DNA from: an uncultured Gemmatimonadales bacterium
Lineage (GTDB): Bacteria; Gemmatimonadota; Gemmatimonadetes; Gemmatimonadales; GWC2-71-9
Reading direction: 5' to 3'
Length of the DNA stretch: 64,000 nt
NCBI GenBank assembly: GCA_963821525.1
Contig: CAWGED010000014.1
Span: 81,960 to 145,959, forward strand
This document shows, piece by piece, positions 46,962 to 57,961 of the stretch (positions are counted from its first letter, which is position 1; each line of letters opens with the position of its first letter). Under the pieces are notes generated by a model that did not search any database, was not told the DNA's origin, and saw only the letters and a list, made by a program, of their open reading frames with translations. The position numbers were made by a program, and so were the translations under genes.

Positions 46962-47175
46962 CTGCGCCTCCTTCCGGTTTCTTGGTAAACCACCCTCAGA
47001 ATCTCCCGAGGGCGAGGCGATGTCAACGCGACAGAATTGTACCGTCTGGCGACACCCACTTTAACCCGTATATTCACGCTTCTACCCGGGGGAAATCCTG
47101 CACGATGTGCGGGCACGGAGCGCCAATGGCTACTGCGAAGCTGGTCGATCTGACGTCCAGTGGGGTAGCGGGATA

Positions 47176-49434
47176 ATGCCGGGGCTCTTTGAACGCCTGG
47201 GCGAGGCGTTGGCGTCCCGCTATAAGATCGAGCGGGAACTGGGACAGGGAGGGATGGCGAAAGTCTTCCTGGCCCACGACCTCAAGTACGAGCGCGCCGT
47301 TGCCGTGAAGGTGCTTCGACCCGATGTCGCCGCGGATGTCGGGGCAGCCCGTTTCCTCCGCGAGATCCAGATCGCCGCCCGGCTCCACCACCCGCACATC
47401 CTGCCGCTCTACGACTCCGATCAGGCCGACGGGCTGCTTTACTATGTCATGCCCTACATCGAGGGTGAGTCGCTGCGCCAGCGCCTGCTCCGCGAACGGC
47501 AGCTCCCGGTGCCCGAGTCGCTCCAGATCGCGCGCGAGGTGGCGGACGCGCTGAGCTATGCCCACAGCTGCAACGTGGTTCACCGCGACATCAAACCTGC
47601 CAACATCCTGCTCGACTCGGGCCACGCGCTGGTGGCGGATTTCGGTGTCGCCCGCGCGGTAGGCGGAGCCCAGACTTCCTCTGGCCACGTCATCGGCACG
47701 CCCGCCTACATGAGCCCGGAGCAGGTAGACGGCAGCGAGTACCTCGATGGCCGCAGCGACATCTACAGCCTGGGAGCAGTGCTCTTTGAAATGCTGACCG
47801 GCGAACCGCCGTTCCGCGGCTCGACCGTGACCGCGATCATCGCCAATCGCCTTACCTCGCCGGCGCCGTCAGCCCGCGCCTTCCGGGAGCTGGTGCCTGA
47901 AGTCGTGGATTCCGCGGTTAAGAAGGCGATGGCCAACCTGCCCGCCGACCGTTTCACCTCCGCCACGCAGTTCGCGGAAGCGATTGGAACCGCGGCCACA
48001 ACCGCGATCGCGGTTGGTGCGGCCCAGGCCATTGCTCAGGAAACGGCCGGGGTGGCAAAGGCCGTAGCCGTGCTGCCGTTCGAGAACATGAGTACCGATC
48101 CGGAGAACGAGTATTTCAGCGACGGTATCACCGACGATATCATCGCCCAGCTCTCCAAGATCAGCGCGCTCAAGGTGATCTCCCGCACCTCCTCGATGCA
48201 ATACAAGAAGACCACCAAGAAGATCGCCACCATCGCCGAGGAGCTCGGCGTCGGCGCAATCCTGGAGGGGAGCGTCCGCAAGGCCGGGCCCCGGGTCCGC
48301 ATCGTCGTTCACCTGGTGGATCCGCGCTCGGAAAAGCATCTCTGGGGCGAGACCTTCGACCGTCAGCTCACCGACGTTTTCGAGGTACAGAGCGAAGTCG
48401 CCCAGCAGATTACCGGCGCCTTGGCGGTGACTCTGTCTCCCGAGGAAAAACAGCGGGTCGAAAAGAAGGCGACCGGCGACGCCGAGGCCTACAACCTGTA
48501 CCTGCTGGGCCGGTTCCACGCCAACAAGTGGTCCGAAGCGAACGTGCAGAAGGGAATCGAGTACTTCCAGGAGGCCATCAGGAAAGATCCCAACTACGCG
48601 GTCGCTTATGCCGGGATGGCCGACGCCTACGAGCTGCTGAGCATCGGGTTCGGCTCCAAGCCGCCGGTCGAGTATCTGATGCAGGCTAAGGCGATGGCCT
48701 TGAAAGCTCTGGAAATGGACGACACGCTGGCCGAGGCTCACACCTCGCTGGCGTACGCGCGGTGGCTGGGAGACCTGGACTGGTCCGGCGCCGAGCGGGG
48801 GTTCAAGCGCGCGCTCGAGCTCAAGACCAGTTACGTCATGGCCCACGAGTGGTATGCGGAATACCTGGCGGCGCAGGGACGGCACGACGAGGCTCTGGCG
48901 GAGATCAAACGGGCGCAACAGCTCGACCCGCTGTCAGTCCCGGTCACCCGAGCGGTCGGCTGGGTGCTCTATTTTGCCCGCCGCTACGACCAATCCATCG
49001 AAGAGCTCCAAAAAGCTCTCGCGATGGACGCCGAGTTCCTCGGCGCGCGATTGGTTCTCTGGTGGGTGTTTGTCGCGAAAGGGACTCCGGACGTCGCGAT
49101 CGCCGATATCCGGAAGGAGCTTGAAAAGCCCGGCCTGCGCACGGTGAAGAAACTCATGCTGGCCTACGCCTGCGCCGCTGCGGGCAACAAGGAAGAGGCC
49201 AACGGTATCCTGTGGGAGCTGGAGGCCAAGCTGGCCGGCGAAAACCGGCTGGCGCTCCTCTCGGCTTTGCTCTTCACGGCGCTGGACATGAAGGACCGGG
49301 CGTTCCAGCAGCTGCACCGGGCCTACGAGCTTCGCGAACCTGGATTACTCTTCCTGAAGGTGGCTCCGTGGCTTGATCCCCTCCGGTCCGACTCGCGGTA
49401 TGGCGCGCTCGTCGAGCAGTTGGGACTCGGCTGA
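47176..49434 (+). CDS. Ser/Thr protein kinase with TolB-like and TPR domains
   Basis: GQGGMA, HRDIKPAN, DFG, YMSPE; VAVLPFEN...YFSDGITDD; TPRs; DPLRSDSRY. Confidence 0.95.
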   Translation: MPGLFERLGEALASRYKIERELGQGGMAKVFLAHDLKYERAVAVKVLRPDVAADVGAARFLREIQIAARLHHPHILPLYDSDQADGLLYYVMPYIEGESLRQRLLRERQLPVPESLQIAREVADALSYAHSCNVVHRDIKPANILLDSGHALVADFGVARAVGGAQTSSGHVIGTPAYMSPEQVDGSEYLDGRSDIYSLGAVLFEMLTGEPPFRGSTVTAIIANRLTSPAPSARAFRELVPEVVDSAVKKAMANLPADRFTSATQFAEAIGTAATTAIAVGAAQAIAQETAGVAKAVAVLPFENMSTDPENEYFSDGITDDIIAQLSKISALKVISRTSSMQYKKTTKKIATIAEELGVGAILEGSVRKAGPRVRIVVHLVDPRSEKHLWGETFDRQLTDVFEVQSEVAQQITGALAVTLSPEEKQRVEKKATGDAEAYNLYLLGRFHANKWSEANVQKGIEYFQEAIRKDPNYAVAYAGMADAYELLSIGFGSKPPVEYLMQAKAMALKALEMDDTLAEAHTSLAYARWLGDLDWSGAERGFKRALELKTSYVMAHEWYAEYLAAQGRHDEALAEIKRAQQLDPLSVPVTRAVGWVLYFARRYDQSIEELQKALAMDAEFLGARLVLWWVFVAKGTPDVAIADIRKELEKPGLRTVKKLMLAYACAAAGNKEEANGILWELEAKLAGENRLALLSALLFTALDMKDRAFQQLHRAYELREPGLLFLKVAPWLDPLRSDSRYGALVEQLGLG

Positions 49435-49526
49435 CCGGCCCGTGCGTCCCGCCAGCTGTCGGGGCAGCAGCATCCACTCGATCATCATCCCGTTTTCGGG
49501 AGTATTTTGACCAGGGAGGTTCAAAC

Positions 49527-50562
49527 GTGTATCGGCTCACCAGTCTCACGGTCGTCGTCGCGCTCATTCTCGCTTGCGGTGGAAAGGCCGGCTCCAAGGC
49601 GGCCGGAGGTGAAGCGGGGGCGGCAGCCGCCGACACCGGCTCCAAGCCGCTCATTGCGCTGATTCGCGCGGCCGACTGGATGGGCAGCGAGTGGGCCGAG
49701 GATGCGATCCGGGTGGGTCTCCTCGAAGCCGACCTCGAAGCAGGTCGGGATTACGAGCTCAAGATCTCCAGCGCGCAGGGAGATCTGGCGACCCTTCCGA
49801 GTCTGATCGACGCCGCGATTGATGCCAAGGCCAAGGTCATCGTAACCCTGCAGGACGCGACCCTCCAGGCCGCTGTCCAGCGCGCCAAGTCGGTTCCGAT
49901 CGTCTTCAACCTCCTCTCCGATCCATTTGCGGCCGGGGCGGGAACCAGCGATTCCAACCACCTCGCCAACATCACCGGCGTCTACTCGCCGGGCTTCGGC
50001 GATCCGGAACAGACGAAGCGTGTGGAGCTGATCCGCCGGATCCTTCCCAAGGCCAAGCGGCTCGGTGTCCTGTTCAGCCCCGAGGAACAGCTCTCGGTGA
50101 CTTTCAAGGACCGGATGACCAAGGCCGCTGAGAGTGCCGGATTGAAGGTGACCGCGGCACCGGTGGGCAACGTGGGAGAGGTGGGAGACGTCACCCGCTC
50201 GCTCTGCGGAAAGGTCGATGGCGATCGAGCTCTTCGGAAACGCGGCGCATGCCGGCTTCGGCGCGCTCATCAAGGTGGCGAAGGAGTGCAAGGTCCCGGT
50301 CTTCTCACCCGCGCCATTCGAGGTGATGCAGGGCGCCATTGCCTCATTCTATCCTGACTTCCAGGAGGGCGGGGTAGTGGCGGGCAAGATGATCGCGCGA
50401 GTCCTCAAGGGTGAGAGTCCGGGAACGATCCCGTTCTACCGGCTGGTGACAACCAAGATCGCGGTCAATCCTGGCGAGGCAGGGAAGATGGGCGTTACTG
50501 TACCTCCCGACGTGGTGAAGCAGGCCGATACCGTCGTGGGCGGAGGTGCCCAGCCTCAATGA
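49527..50562 (+). CDS. ABC transporter substrate-binding lipoprotein (ABC_sub_bind type), frameshift near 50219
   Basis: ILAC lipobox, AQGDLATL, DPFAAG, NITGV, RLGVLFSP, ARVLKGESP. Confidence 0.85.
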
Positions 50563-51803
50563 AGATCGAAGCCGCCCGGGACGGGGGCTCGGCGGTCCTG
50601 CGAGCTCGAAGGACGCCTCGACCGGGAGTGGGCGGAACATCTTTCGGACACGTTGGAGGACCTGCTTCAGGACGGAGTCAGGTCCCTCAACATCGACTTC
50701 TCGGGCGTGACCTACGTCAGCTCCGCGGCGACGAAGGTCCTGACCCGGTGGCAACAGGAGCTGGCCCTCCTTCGTGGGGAGGTCCAGCTCATTTCGCTTC
50801 CGCCCGTGGCGCGCGAGGTGTTCGAGATTGCCGGGTGGGACTCGACCTTCGGTTCGGCTAGCCGCAGCGGCCCTCGCAGCGGCGAGATGCGCCGCTCCTA
50901 CTGGCACACCCGGGCAGATATCGCCGCCAACGGCGACTTCGAGCTGTCTGCCTGCACGCCGGCCGGCACCCTGACCTGCCGCGTCGTCGGCGATCCAGAT
51001 CAAATCACTCGTGGACCCATCGGCCCCGATCACTGCCAGACCGTCTCGTTCCCCGATTCCGCGTTCGGGCTCGGGATAGGAGCGATTGGCGGCGACTATG
51101 ACGATTGCCGGGAACGACTGGGAGAACTGATCGGAGTTGCCGGCAGCCTGGCGTATTTCCCCAGCGACGGGGCACGCATGGCGGACTACCTCGTGAGCGG
51201 CGGCCCCCGGTCTCCCCGCGCCTTGCTCGCTTCGGGTCTGGTGTGCGAAGGCGGTTTCTCGCAGTTGGTACGATTCAGCGTCCGGCAGGAGGCCGAGGTG
51301 GTCCCCATATCCGAAGTAGCGGCCATCGCGCTCGAAGCCACCGGCGGGGCGCCCGCCGGCTTTGTGATCGCTGGGGAAACAGTCGGTCTCTGTGGAGCGC
51401 GGCTTCGACGCTCTCCGGCGAAGGGAGAATTCAGCGCTGCAGTTCGACGTGCCCGCGGTCCGCGACTGGTTGTGGTTCGCGCCGGAGCGGATCCACGCGG
51501 TGACCACATCGCTCATCGCCGGAGTCGTGGCTCGGAAACGAGAGGGGCCGCTCGCCGAACATCTCCGTCCCCTGACCCCGATGAATGATCTCTTCGGGCA
51601 CCTCCACGCCGCGGTGTTTTCCTATCATCCGTTGCCCAAACGCACCGTGGAGCTCACGGCCCTGCTGCGGGGACTCTTTGCCGACCATCAACTCCGTGAC
51701 GTCCTGCACCTCGTGTGGGATGATCGGAGCCGAAGGCGCAATCGGAGAGAGTGCGCTGCTTCGCGGGGTCGGCTGGGTCGCACCCATCACCCAGTTCACC
51801 TGA
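50559..51803 (+). CDS. STAS (anti-anti-sigma-like) domain fused to an uncharacterised ~300 aa domain; three frameshifts
   Basis: LEGRLD...IDFSGVTYVSSAA...VREVFEIAG-type STAS; C-terminal GHLHAAVF. Confidence 0.75.
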
Positions 51804-51812
51804 GTCCCGGCT

Positions 51813-52757
51813 GTGAACCTGCTGATCGGAGCGGCGACGATCGGGCTCATTCTCGCGCCGCTCGCCCTCGGCGTCTTCATCAGTTACCGGATCTACAAGA
51901 TCCTCGATCTCACCACCGACGGGTCTCACGGCCTTGGCGCTGCGGTTGTCGCCGCTCTGCTCCTCCGCCAGGTCAATCCCCTCACCGCCACACTCCTTGG
52001 CCTTGTCTCCGGAGTGCTTGCGGGCGCCATCACCGGAACCCTCCACACCCGGTTCCGGGTGAGCGCCATGCTCGCCGGGGTGCTGACCACCACCGCACTC
52101 TACTCGGTGAATCTCTTCGTGATGGGAAGCGGCAACGTCAACCTCGCGTCGGCCGACACGCTTTTCACCCGGGCGGAGAACCTCGGCCGCCAGCTTCTGG
52201 GAATTCCTGAAAGCCTGTCGATCATGGGGACGACGGTCAGCGGCGGCAGTTTCTCCGCTCTGGTCATGACCGCCGTACTGGCCGCTGCCTTGGCGGTTGG
52301 TCTCACCGTGTTCCTCGCTACCGATTTGGGACTCGCGCTGCGCGCCGCCGGTAACAACCCGGCGATGGCCAAGGCGCTCGGCATCGATGTGGAGTGGATG
52401 GTTGTGGTGGGACTCGGCCTCTCCAACGGCCTCATCGCGCTCTCCGGCGCACTGTTCGCCCAGTATTCCGGCTTCGCCAATATCCAGATGGGGATCGGAG
52501 CGATCGTCACCGGAGTCGCAACCCTGATGGTAGGGGAGACACTGTTCGGGAAACGCTCCCTCGGGCGATGGATCGCCGGTGCGGTGGGCGGTGCCGTCGT
52601 TTTCCGTCTGGTCGTCGCGGGCGCGGTGCGGGCTGGGCTCAATCCCAATGCACTGAAGCTGGTGACCGCGATCTTCGTCCTCGCCGTCCTCATCGTGCCG
52701 GGGATGATGAATCGTGCCCGCGCCAGGAAGGCGGAAAGAGCGGCCCACCATGCCTGA
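51813..52757 (+). CDS. ABC transporter permease
   Basis: ALGVFISYRI..DLTTDGS, GLALRAAGNN, GLSNGLIALSGAL. Confidence 0.92.
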   Translation: MNLLIGAATIGLILAPLALGVFISYRIYKILDLTTDGSHGLGAAVVAALLLRQVNPLTATLLGLVSGVLAGAITGTLHTRFRVSAMLAGVLTTTALYSVNLFVMGSGNVNLASADTLFTRAENLGRQLLGIPESLSIMGTTVSGGSFSALVMTAVLAAALAVGLTVFLATDLGLALRAAGNNPAMAKALGIDVEWMVVVGLGLSNGLIALSGALFAQYSGFANIQMGIGAIVTGVATLMVGETLFGKRSLGRWIAGAVGGAVVFRLVVAGAVRAGLNPNALKLVTAIFVLAVLIVPGMMNRARARKAERAAHHA

Positions 52758-53577
52758 GATCGCGCTGAGGCTGCAGCAGGTCTCCCACCTGTTCTTCCCG
52801 GGCACTGGGAATGAAGTACGGGCAATCGATAGCGTAGACCTCGAGTTGGTAAACGGCAGCTTTACCGTGGTGGTTGGGCGCCAATGGATCAGGGAAGTCG
52901 AGTCTGCTGGGCGCCATCGGTGGAAGCCTTTCCCGGACCCGCGGCCGGATATTTCTTGGTGACCAGGAAGTGACCCAGTGGCCCGAACACCGGCGGGCTC
53001 ACTTGATCGGCCGGGTCTTCCAGAATCCGCTCATGGGGACCGCCGCCGACCTGACCGTCGCGGAGAACCTGACCCTGGCGGCTCGCCGCGGCAGCCGACG
53101 CCTGCTGCGTCCAGCCCTCGGCGCCGAGACGGAAGCGGGTGATCCAGGGACAGGTCGCCAGGCTGGGCATGGGACTGGAGGAGCGACTCGATACACCGAT
53201 TGGGTTGTTGTCTGGTGGCCAGAGGCAGGCCCTGACGGTACTGATGGCCACCATGGTCAAGCCGACCCTGCTGCTGCTCGATGAGCACACCGCCGCCCTC
53301 GATCCTCGCAGCGCGGAGCTGGTGATCAGGCTCACTCAGGAAGTGATCACCGCGGGCGGACTCACGACGTTGATGGTCACCCACTCGCTGGCCCAGGCGG
53401 TGCAATCTGGGAGACCGCATTCTGGTCATGCACCGGGGGAAGCTGGTGTACGACATCACGGATGTGCGGCGGCAACGTCTCACGGAAGACGACCTGTTGC
53501 GGCTCTTCGATCAGTTGCGCTGGGCCGACCGGCTCGATGAATCGGCCGCGACCATGCTGCGTCACGGGTATGTCTGA
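52750..53577 (+). CDS. ABC transporter ATP-binding protein, several frameshifts
   Basis: GANGSGKS, RVFQNPLMGT, LSGGQRQAL, LLLDEHTAALDP. Confidence 0.9.
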
Positions 53578-54455
53578 CGAGCCCTTCTCCCGGAGCGCGC
53601 TCCGTCCGCTCATCGAGCGGGCGATTCTCGGTTCCCGTGCCGGTGCTGCTGGCCGAGGCCATCGGCGAGCGCTATACCCTGGAGCGGGAGCTGGCTCGAG
53701 GCGGAATGGCGACCGTCTACCTGGCACAGGACCATCAGAAGCTGCAGGCCGTCGCCATCAAGGTGATGCACCCCAAGCTGGCCACCGTGCTGGGCGCCGA
53801 GCGCTTCCTTCGCGAGATCAGGGTGGCCAAGTCGATGGACCATCCCCTGATCGTGCCGCTGGTCGACTCCGGCAATGCGCGCGGTCTCCTCTACTACGTC
53901 ATGCCCTACATCGATGGGGAGTCGCTCTTCGAACGGCTGCAGCGGGAGCGGCGCCTTCCGGTGGACGATTCGCTGAAAATCGCTCATGACGTGGCCGAAG
54001 CGCTCGGCTATGCTCACGCGCACGGAGTGCTGCACCGCGACGTAAAGCCGGAGAACATCCTGCTGGCTGGAGGCCGCGCCCTGGTGGCGGACTTCGGGTT
54101 GGCCCGGGCCATCGGTGCCGCGGATTCCCGGAAGCTCACGGCGACCGGCGTCATCGTAGGAACCACCTTCTACATGAGCCCGGAGCAGCTGCGGGAGGAC
54201 AAGGACATCGATCAGCGGTCGGACATCTACGGTCTGGGCTGCCTGCTGTTCGAGATGCTCACCGGGGGGCCGCCCTACGTGGGCACCTCGCTCAAGGATG
54301 TGGTGACCAAGATCCTGCTGTCGCCGATTCCCTCCGTTCGTCGCTTGAATCCCAACGTTCCGGTGCAGGTCGAACAGGCGGTGACCAAGGCCCTCGCCAA
54401 ACCGGTGGGCGATCGGTTCAGGACGATGGAGGAGTTCGCCGCGGCGCTGCCCTGA
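53570..54455 (+). CDS. Stand-alone Ser/Thr protein kinase domain (frameshift in the N-terminal leader)
   Basis: ARGGMATVY, HRDVKPEN, DFG, YMSPE; ATG overlaps the ATPase stop region. Confidence 0.92.
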
Positions 54456-54458
54456 CAA

Positions 54459-54487
54459 CCAATTGGAAATTGCCAATTGGCAATCGA
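54459..54487. repeat. Short heptamer repeat (AATTGGC/AATTGCC)
   Basis: ccaattggaaattgccaattggcaatcg between convergent genes. Confidence 0.6.
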
Positions 54488-54513
54488 AGGTGATCTGGCT
54501 GACGGCTTACACT

Positions 54514-54969
54514 TCACGCCCCAAACGCCTTTGCCACCGCCGTCGCAGTGAAGAGGATCAGGATTAGAAGGACTAGCTGGATCCGGCTCACCATCGCCCA
54601 GCGAGCGGCAGTGCTGGTGTTGGGAGTGGCACCGCGGCGTAAGGCCCTGCGCCACCCGGTAAAGGTCATCATTGGGCCCATTTCCAGCAGGAGGATCAGC
54701 AGGAACAGGGTCATCTTGAGCCAGAAGGCGTGGTTGTGGAGGTAGTAGATGGTCGGTTTTTCCAGGCCGAGGAAGAGGCGGGGAATGCCGGTCGCGAGCC
54801 AGAGAAGGGCGGCCACGCCCCACCACGTATCGGCGCGCAGGACCCGTCGAACCCATGCAGGGTTGGCAGCTGCCTGGAGCGAGCGGGCACGGACGTAGAT
54901 TGCGCCCAGGCCAATTCCAAAGGCGAGCAGGTGGAACGAAGCCAGCAGCCAGCGCAGAAACACGGTCAA
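54514..54969 (-). CDS. DUF2214 family membrane protein
   Basis: ADTWWG..ALLWLATG..R...EK...YYLHNHAFWLKM. Confidence 0.88.
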   Translation of the reverse strand: MTVFLRWLLASFHLLAFGIGLGAIYVRARSLQAAANPAWVRRVLRADTWWGVAALLWLATGIPRLFLGLEKPTIYYLHNHAFWLKMTLFLLILLLEMGPMMTFTGWRRALRRGATPNTSTAARWAMVSRIQLVLLILILFTATAVAKAFGA

Positions 54970-55610
54970 ACCCCCTCGAAGAACTCCACGACACCGGTCT
55001 CCAGGGAATACTCGGCGCCTACGACGCGGAGTCCATTCCGCTCAATAAAGTCCTCGACCACTTCCGAGCCGTGTCTCAGCTGGTTCGCTGAGGCCCGAAC
55101 GTTGGCTCGCACCGCCTCCCGCATCAGGGCGTTCCGGTCATGCCGCAACGGGGTTTCCAGCAGCGGCTCCACCGAGGGACGCACTCGTGCCACGATCGAC
55201 CTCACATTGTGGGATCGGGTCGTCGCCTCCTTCGTCAGCTCCTCCAGTGTAGCCTGCACAACCCCGCATTGTGTGTGACCCAGGACCACAACCAGAGGAA
55301 TACCGAACTTCTCGACCGCGAATTCGACGCTCCCAACCTGGGATGGTGCGACGATATTCCCGGCGATGCGAATCACGAAGAGATCCCCAAGGCCCTGGTC
55401 GAAGATGAGCTCGGCAGGGACCCGGGAGTCGGAGCAGCCGAGAATGACGGCGAAAGGCTCCTGGTTGGGTGCTACTTCCCGGCGGCGGGCGGCGCCGGTG
55501 AGCACGTCGGCGCGGCCCGTGCCCGAGACGAAACGATGATTGCCTTCTCGAAGACGTTGAAGCGCATCAGCAGCGATGGCTCGCCGCACGTTCTCGGCGG
55601 GGTCGGTCAT
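54966..55610 (-). CDS. Beta-class carbonic anhydrase
   Basis: CSDSRV, GDLFVIRIAGN, GHTQCG. Confidence 0.96.
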   Translation of the reverse strand: MTDPAENVRRAIAADALQRLREGNHRFVSGTGRADVLTGAARRREVAPNQEPFAVILGCSDSRVPAELIFDQGLGDLFVIRIAGNIVAPSQVGSVEFAVEKFGIPLVVVLGHTQCGVVQATLEELTKEATTRSHNVRSIVARVRPSVEPLLETPLRHDRNALMREAVRANVRASANQLRHGSEVVEDFIERNGLRVVGAEYSLETGVVEFFEGV

Positions 55611-55742
55611 GCTGAATGGTGGAGTGAGCCAGACGCCGCGGCAAGGCCTTCCAGGGAGGATCGCATGAACCTGCTAGGCGCAAGGGAGGGGGAAACTAGA
55701 ATCCCTCGTCGCTTCGCTTCTCGGGATGAGGTATCTCAAACG

Positions 55743-55776
55743 TCCCGTTCACCGATCTCCCGTTCCCTGTTCCCGC
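55743..55776. repeat. Heptamer repeat (TGTTCCC family)
   Basis: tcccgttcaccgatctcccgttccctgttcccgc after a stop codon. Confidence 0.6.
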
Positions 55777-55777
55777 T

Positions 55778-56176
55778 TTTACCTCCCGGCCATCGACTTC
55801 CGCCGCCAGATGGACAATGCCGCGTGCAGCAGCGGTCTCAGACCGGGTCGGCGCAGATCGGCGGGTCTCCCGAGCGGGATGTAGCGATGTACCTTGCCGC
55901 TCCCTTCCAGCAGCTTTCGGGGATCGGGAAGGGAAGCTCCACCGATCGAGGCCCAGCTTCACGCCGCCTTTGCTGAGGATCAGGGTGCAAACCATGTCCT
56001 TGTAACCGGTCCCATAGCCATACCCGATCACGGCGGTCTCAGCATCAATCACTTCGATGGCACCGGGGATCAGTACCAGAATCAGCTGCCGGGCCGCGCG
56101 GGCGGTATCCTGGACACCCTTTGAATAGGAGGAAAGAGCTCGCGAAGGCGGGTATCTGCATTCCTGCGATAGGCAT
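55778..56176 (-). CDS. DUF1801 family protein, frameshifted
   Basis: IGYGYG, VKLGL, LPDPRKLLEGSGKVHRY across frames. Confidence 0.75.
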
Positions 56177-56204
56177 TCGATCGGGTTCCTTGTTGAGTTG
56201 AGCT

Positions 56205-56651
56205 GCCTTAAGTTCACGACTTTCCAACCACCATCGGTCAGGCGTACCGCTCCGCAGATGGGACCAGGTCTCCCTCGGCCGACCCCTGGCAACCGAACTT
56301 CAGCCAGGAGCTTGGTACGGCCTGGTGATCGCGAATCATGGCGCGCGTGATTCCTCCCAACGGGATCTTGGCTCGACGGTCCCACTCTGTTTTCTGCTGG
56401 CCTGCGCGTTTCCCCGAATTGAGATACACGAAGCGCCCGCCCGGCGGTCCCTGCGCCGCGGGGCCGAGTAGACGTCGAGGCCCGCTAGTGCCAGGTGCCA
56501 CTCGGAGCAGGAACTCGAATGCCAGCTGCTTGGCAGTGACCGCCGAGGGCGGCAGCAACTGGTCGCGACCGAGCTGCACCGCGAACGTGACTCCGGGAGG
56601 AGGCTCCTCTACCACAATGCGGAGTCGCAGATCAGGCTCTGAGTCTGTCAC
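56205..56651 (-). CDS. DUF5990-like protein, frameshifted, end approximate
   Basis: GPAAQGPPGGRFVYLNSG, WDRRAKIPL. Confidence 0.7.
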
Positions 56652-57088
56652 GAATCTCTACCATTGTGCGTTCCCACTCTCGCACGCCCCCCGGCTCGAT
56701 TGAAAAAGCGGATGAGGCTCCGGTTCTTTCAGATCTCGCAAGAGACGATATCGGGCCGGTGAACGACGGCGCAACTTGGCGAGGAGATGGTCCCACTCGT
56801 AGGCCAGCTGACCACTCGTTTCGACAATGAGTCCGCCACGCCGGGTGGGACCGAACCGGGACCGGTCGAACTGATATGCTCTCGAAGTTGCCTCCCGATG
56901 GACCGCGGCAAGGTACCGGTTGAGGCTGATGACCGGTGCGTGCTCGCGCGGAAACGGCGCAACTGCGGGTGATGCCGGTAACCGCGCGTCTTGCCGCGCA
57001 GAACGGCGCTTGCGAGCAGCGCTTCACGCCAGAGCGCCACCAGTCCCCGGGGATCGAGATATCTGGGGTGCAGGGTCCAGAGTCGCAT
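56632..57088 (-). CDS. Pyrimidine-dimer DNA glycosylase family protein, frameshifted
   Basis: MRLWTLHPRYLDPRGLVALWREALLA, GYRHHPQL. Confidence 0.88.
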
Positions 57089-57117
57089 CAGGAGAAGAAG
57101 CCGTTACCAGACGCCAA

Positions 57118-57149
57118 GAGCCCGACACGGGATGGTCCGTGTCGGGCTC
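57118..57149 (-). terminator. Hairpin / probable terminator
   Basis: gagcccgacacgg-gatggt-ccgtgtcgggctc. Confidence 0.75.
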
Positions 57150-57170
57150 GTCGGCTTAGCGGTAGTAGGC

Positions 57171-57408
57171 TTAGCGGTAGTAATAGTCACGGTCTACGCC
57201 ATCGAACCGCCCGGACTTCAGGCAGCACTTCTTGAACCGGTGCCCGGAGCCACACGGGCAAGGATCATTGCGGCCCAACTTCTCGTGGCAGCAACTCCTT
57301 GTTGCCGTGGACCGTGCGGTCCCCGCGCTTCACGCGGGTCTCCGAGGGATACCCCTTCCTACGCTTGCTGGTCACCTCGAAAGCAGGGGAGCGCCTCGAG
57401 GTCGTCAT
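57171..57408 (-). CDS. Small SEC-C motif protein, one frameshift (absent from the ORF track)
   Basis: [29 protein letters not shown]...KELL / [29 protein letters not shown]. Confidence 0.8.
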
Positions 57409-57553
57409 GGTTGCTGGCCATACCAACCCCTGTTGGGGTCAAACGAGCGAGGAGAATAGCGGGTCGTTGCTCACTTGTCGATAGCCGTCAGCCGTCAGGC
57501 TTAGCCGAGCCTGCTGTTCTCTCCACGGCAGACACCTGACGGCCCCCGACACC

Positions 57554-57874
57554 TCACGCCCCCGGCGGCCGGTACGACACCGTCTTCTTCGCAGCGGCGT
57601 CCATCTCCTCCGGTGTGAGCAGCGCCGTGGTACGGAGGGTCGCGGTCACCGGCGGCGTTGACCGCCATGCTGACCGCCGCGGCTGCAGTATGATCGGGGA
57701 ATTCTGCGATGCCGTACAGGTCAGCTCCACCGAAGGCGAAATAGAAAGCGAGCAGCTTCCCGCCCGCCTTCTCCATCGCCTGCTGCACTGCCGCACGGCG
57801 TTCGTGCCTCCCTCCTTGAGCAGACCCTTGGTGCCGTCCGCGGTATACGAGGCTTCCCAGAGGTAGAGTGGCAT
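57554..57874 (-). CDS. GYD domain protein, frameshifted
   Basis: YTADGTKGLLKEGG, AGGKLLAFYFAFG, YRPPG. Confidence 0.85.
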   Translation of the reverse strand: MPLYLWEASYTADGTKGLLKEGGTNAVRQCSRRWRRRAGSCSLSISPSVELTCTASQNSPIILQPRRSAWRSTPPVTATLRTTALLTPEEMDAAAKKTVSYRPPGA

Positions 57875-57961
57875 TGCGGACCTCCTGCTTGAGTGAACGA
57901 CAGAAGGTACCTGCCGGCAAGGGATGCGGTAGGGGACGCGGACGCCCTCCTCGCGACAGCT

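Noticed and set aside
46962..47060. ECF42 promoter for the BNR-MoaD pair
   Set aside because: Only TGTCGC half-matches without a properly spaced -10; a TTGACA-type promoter fits better.
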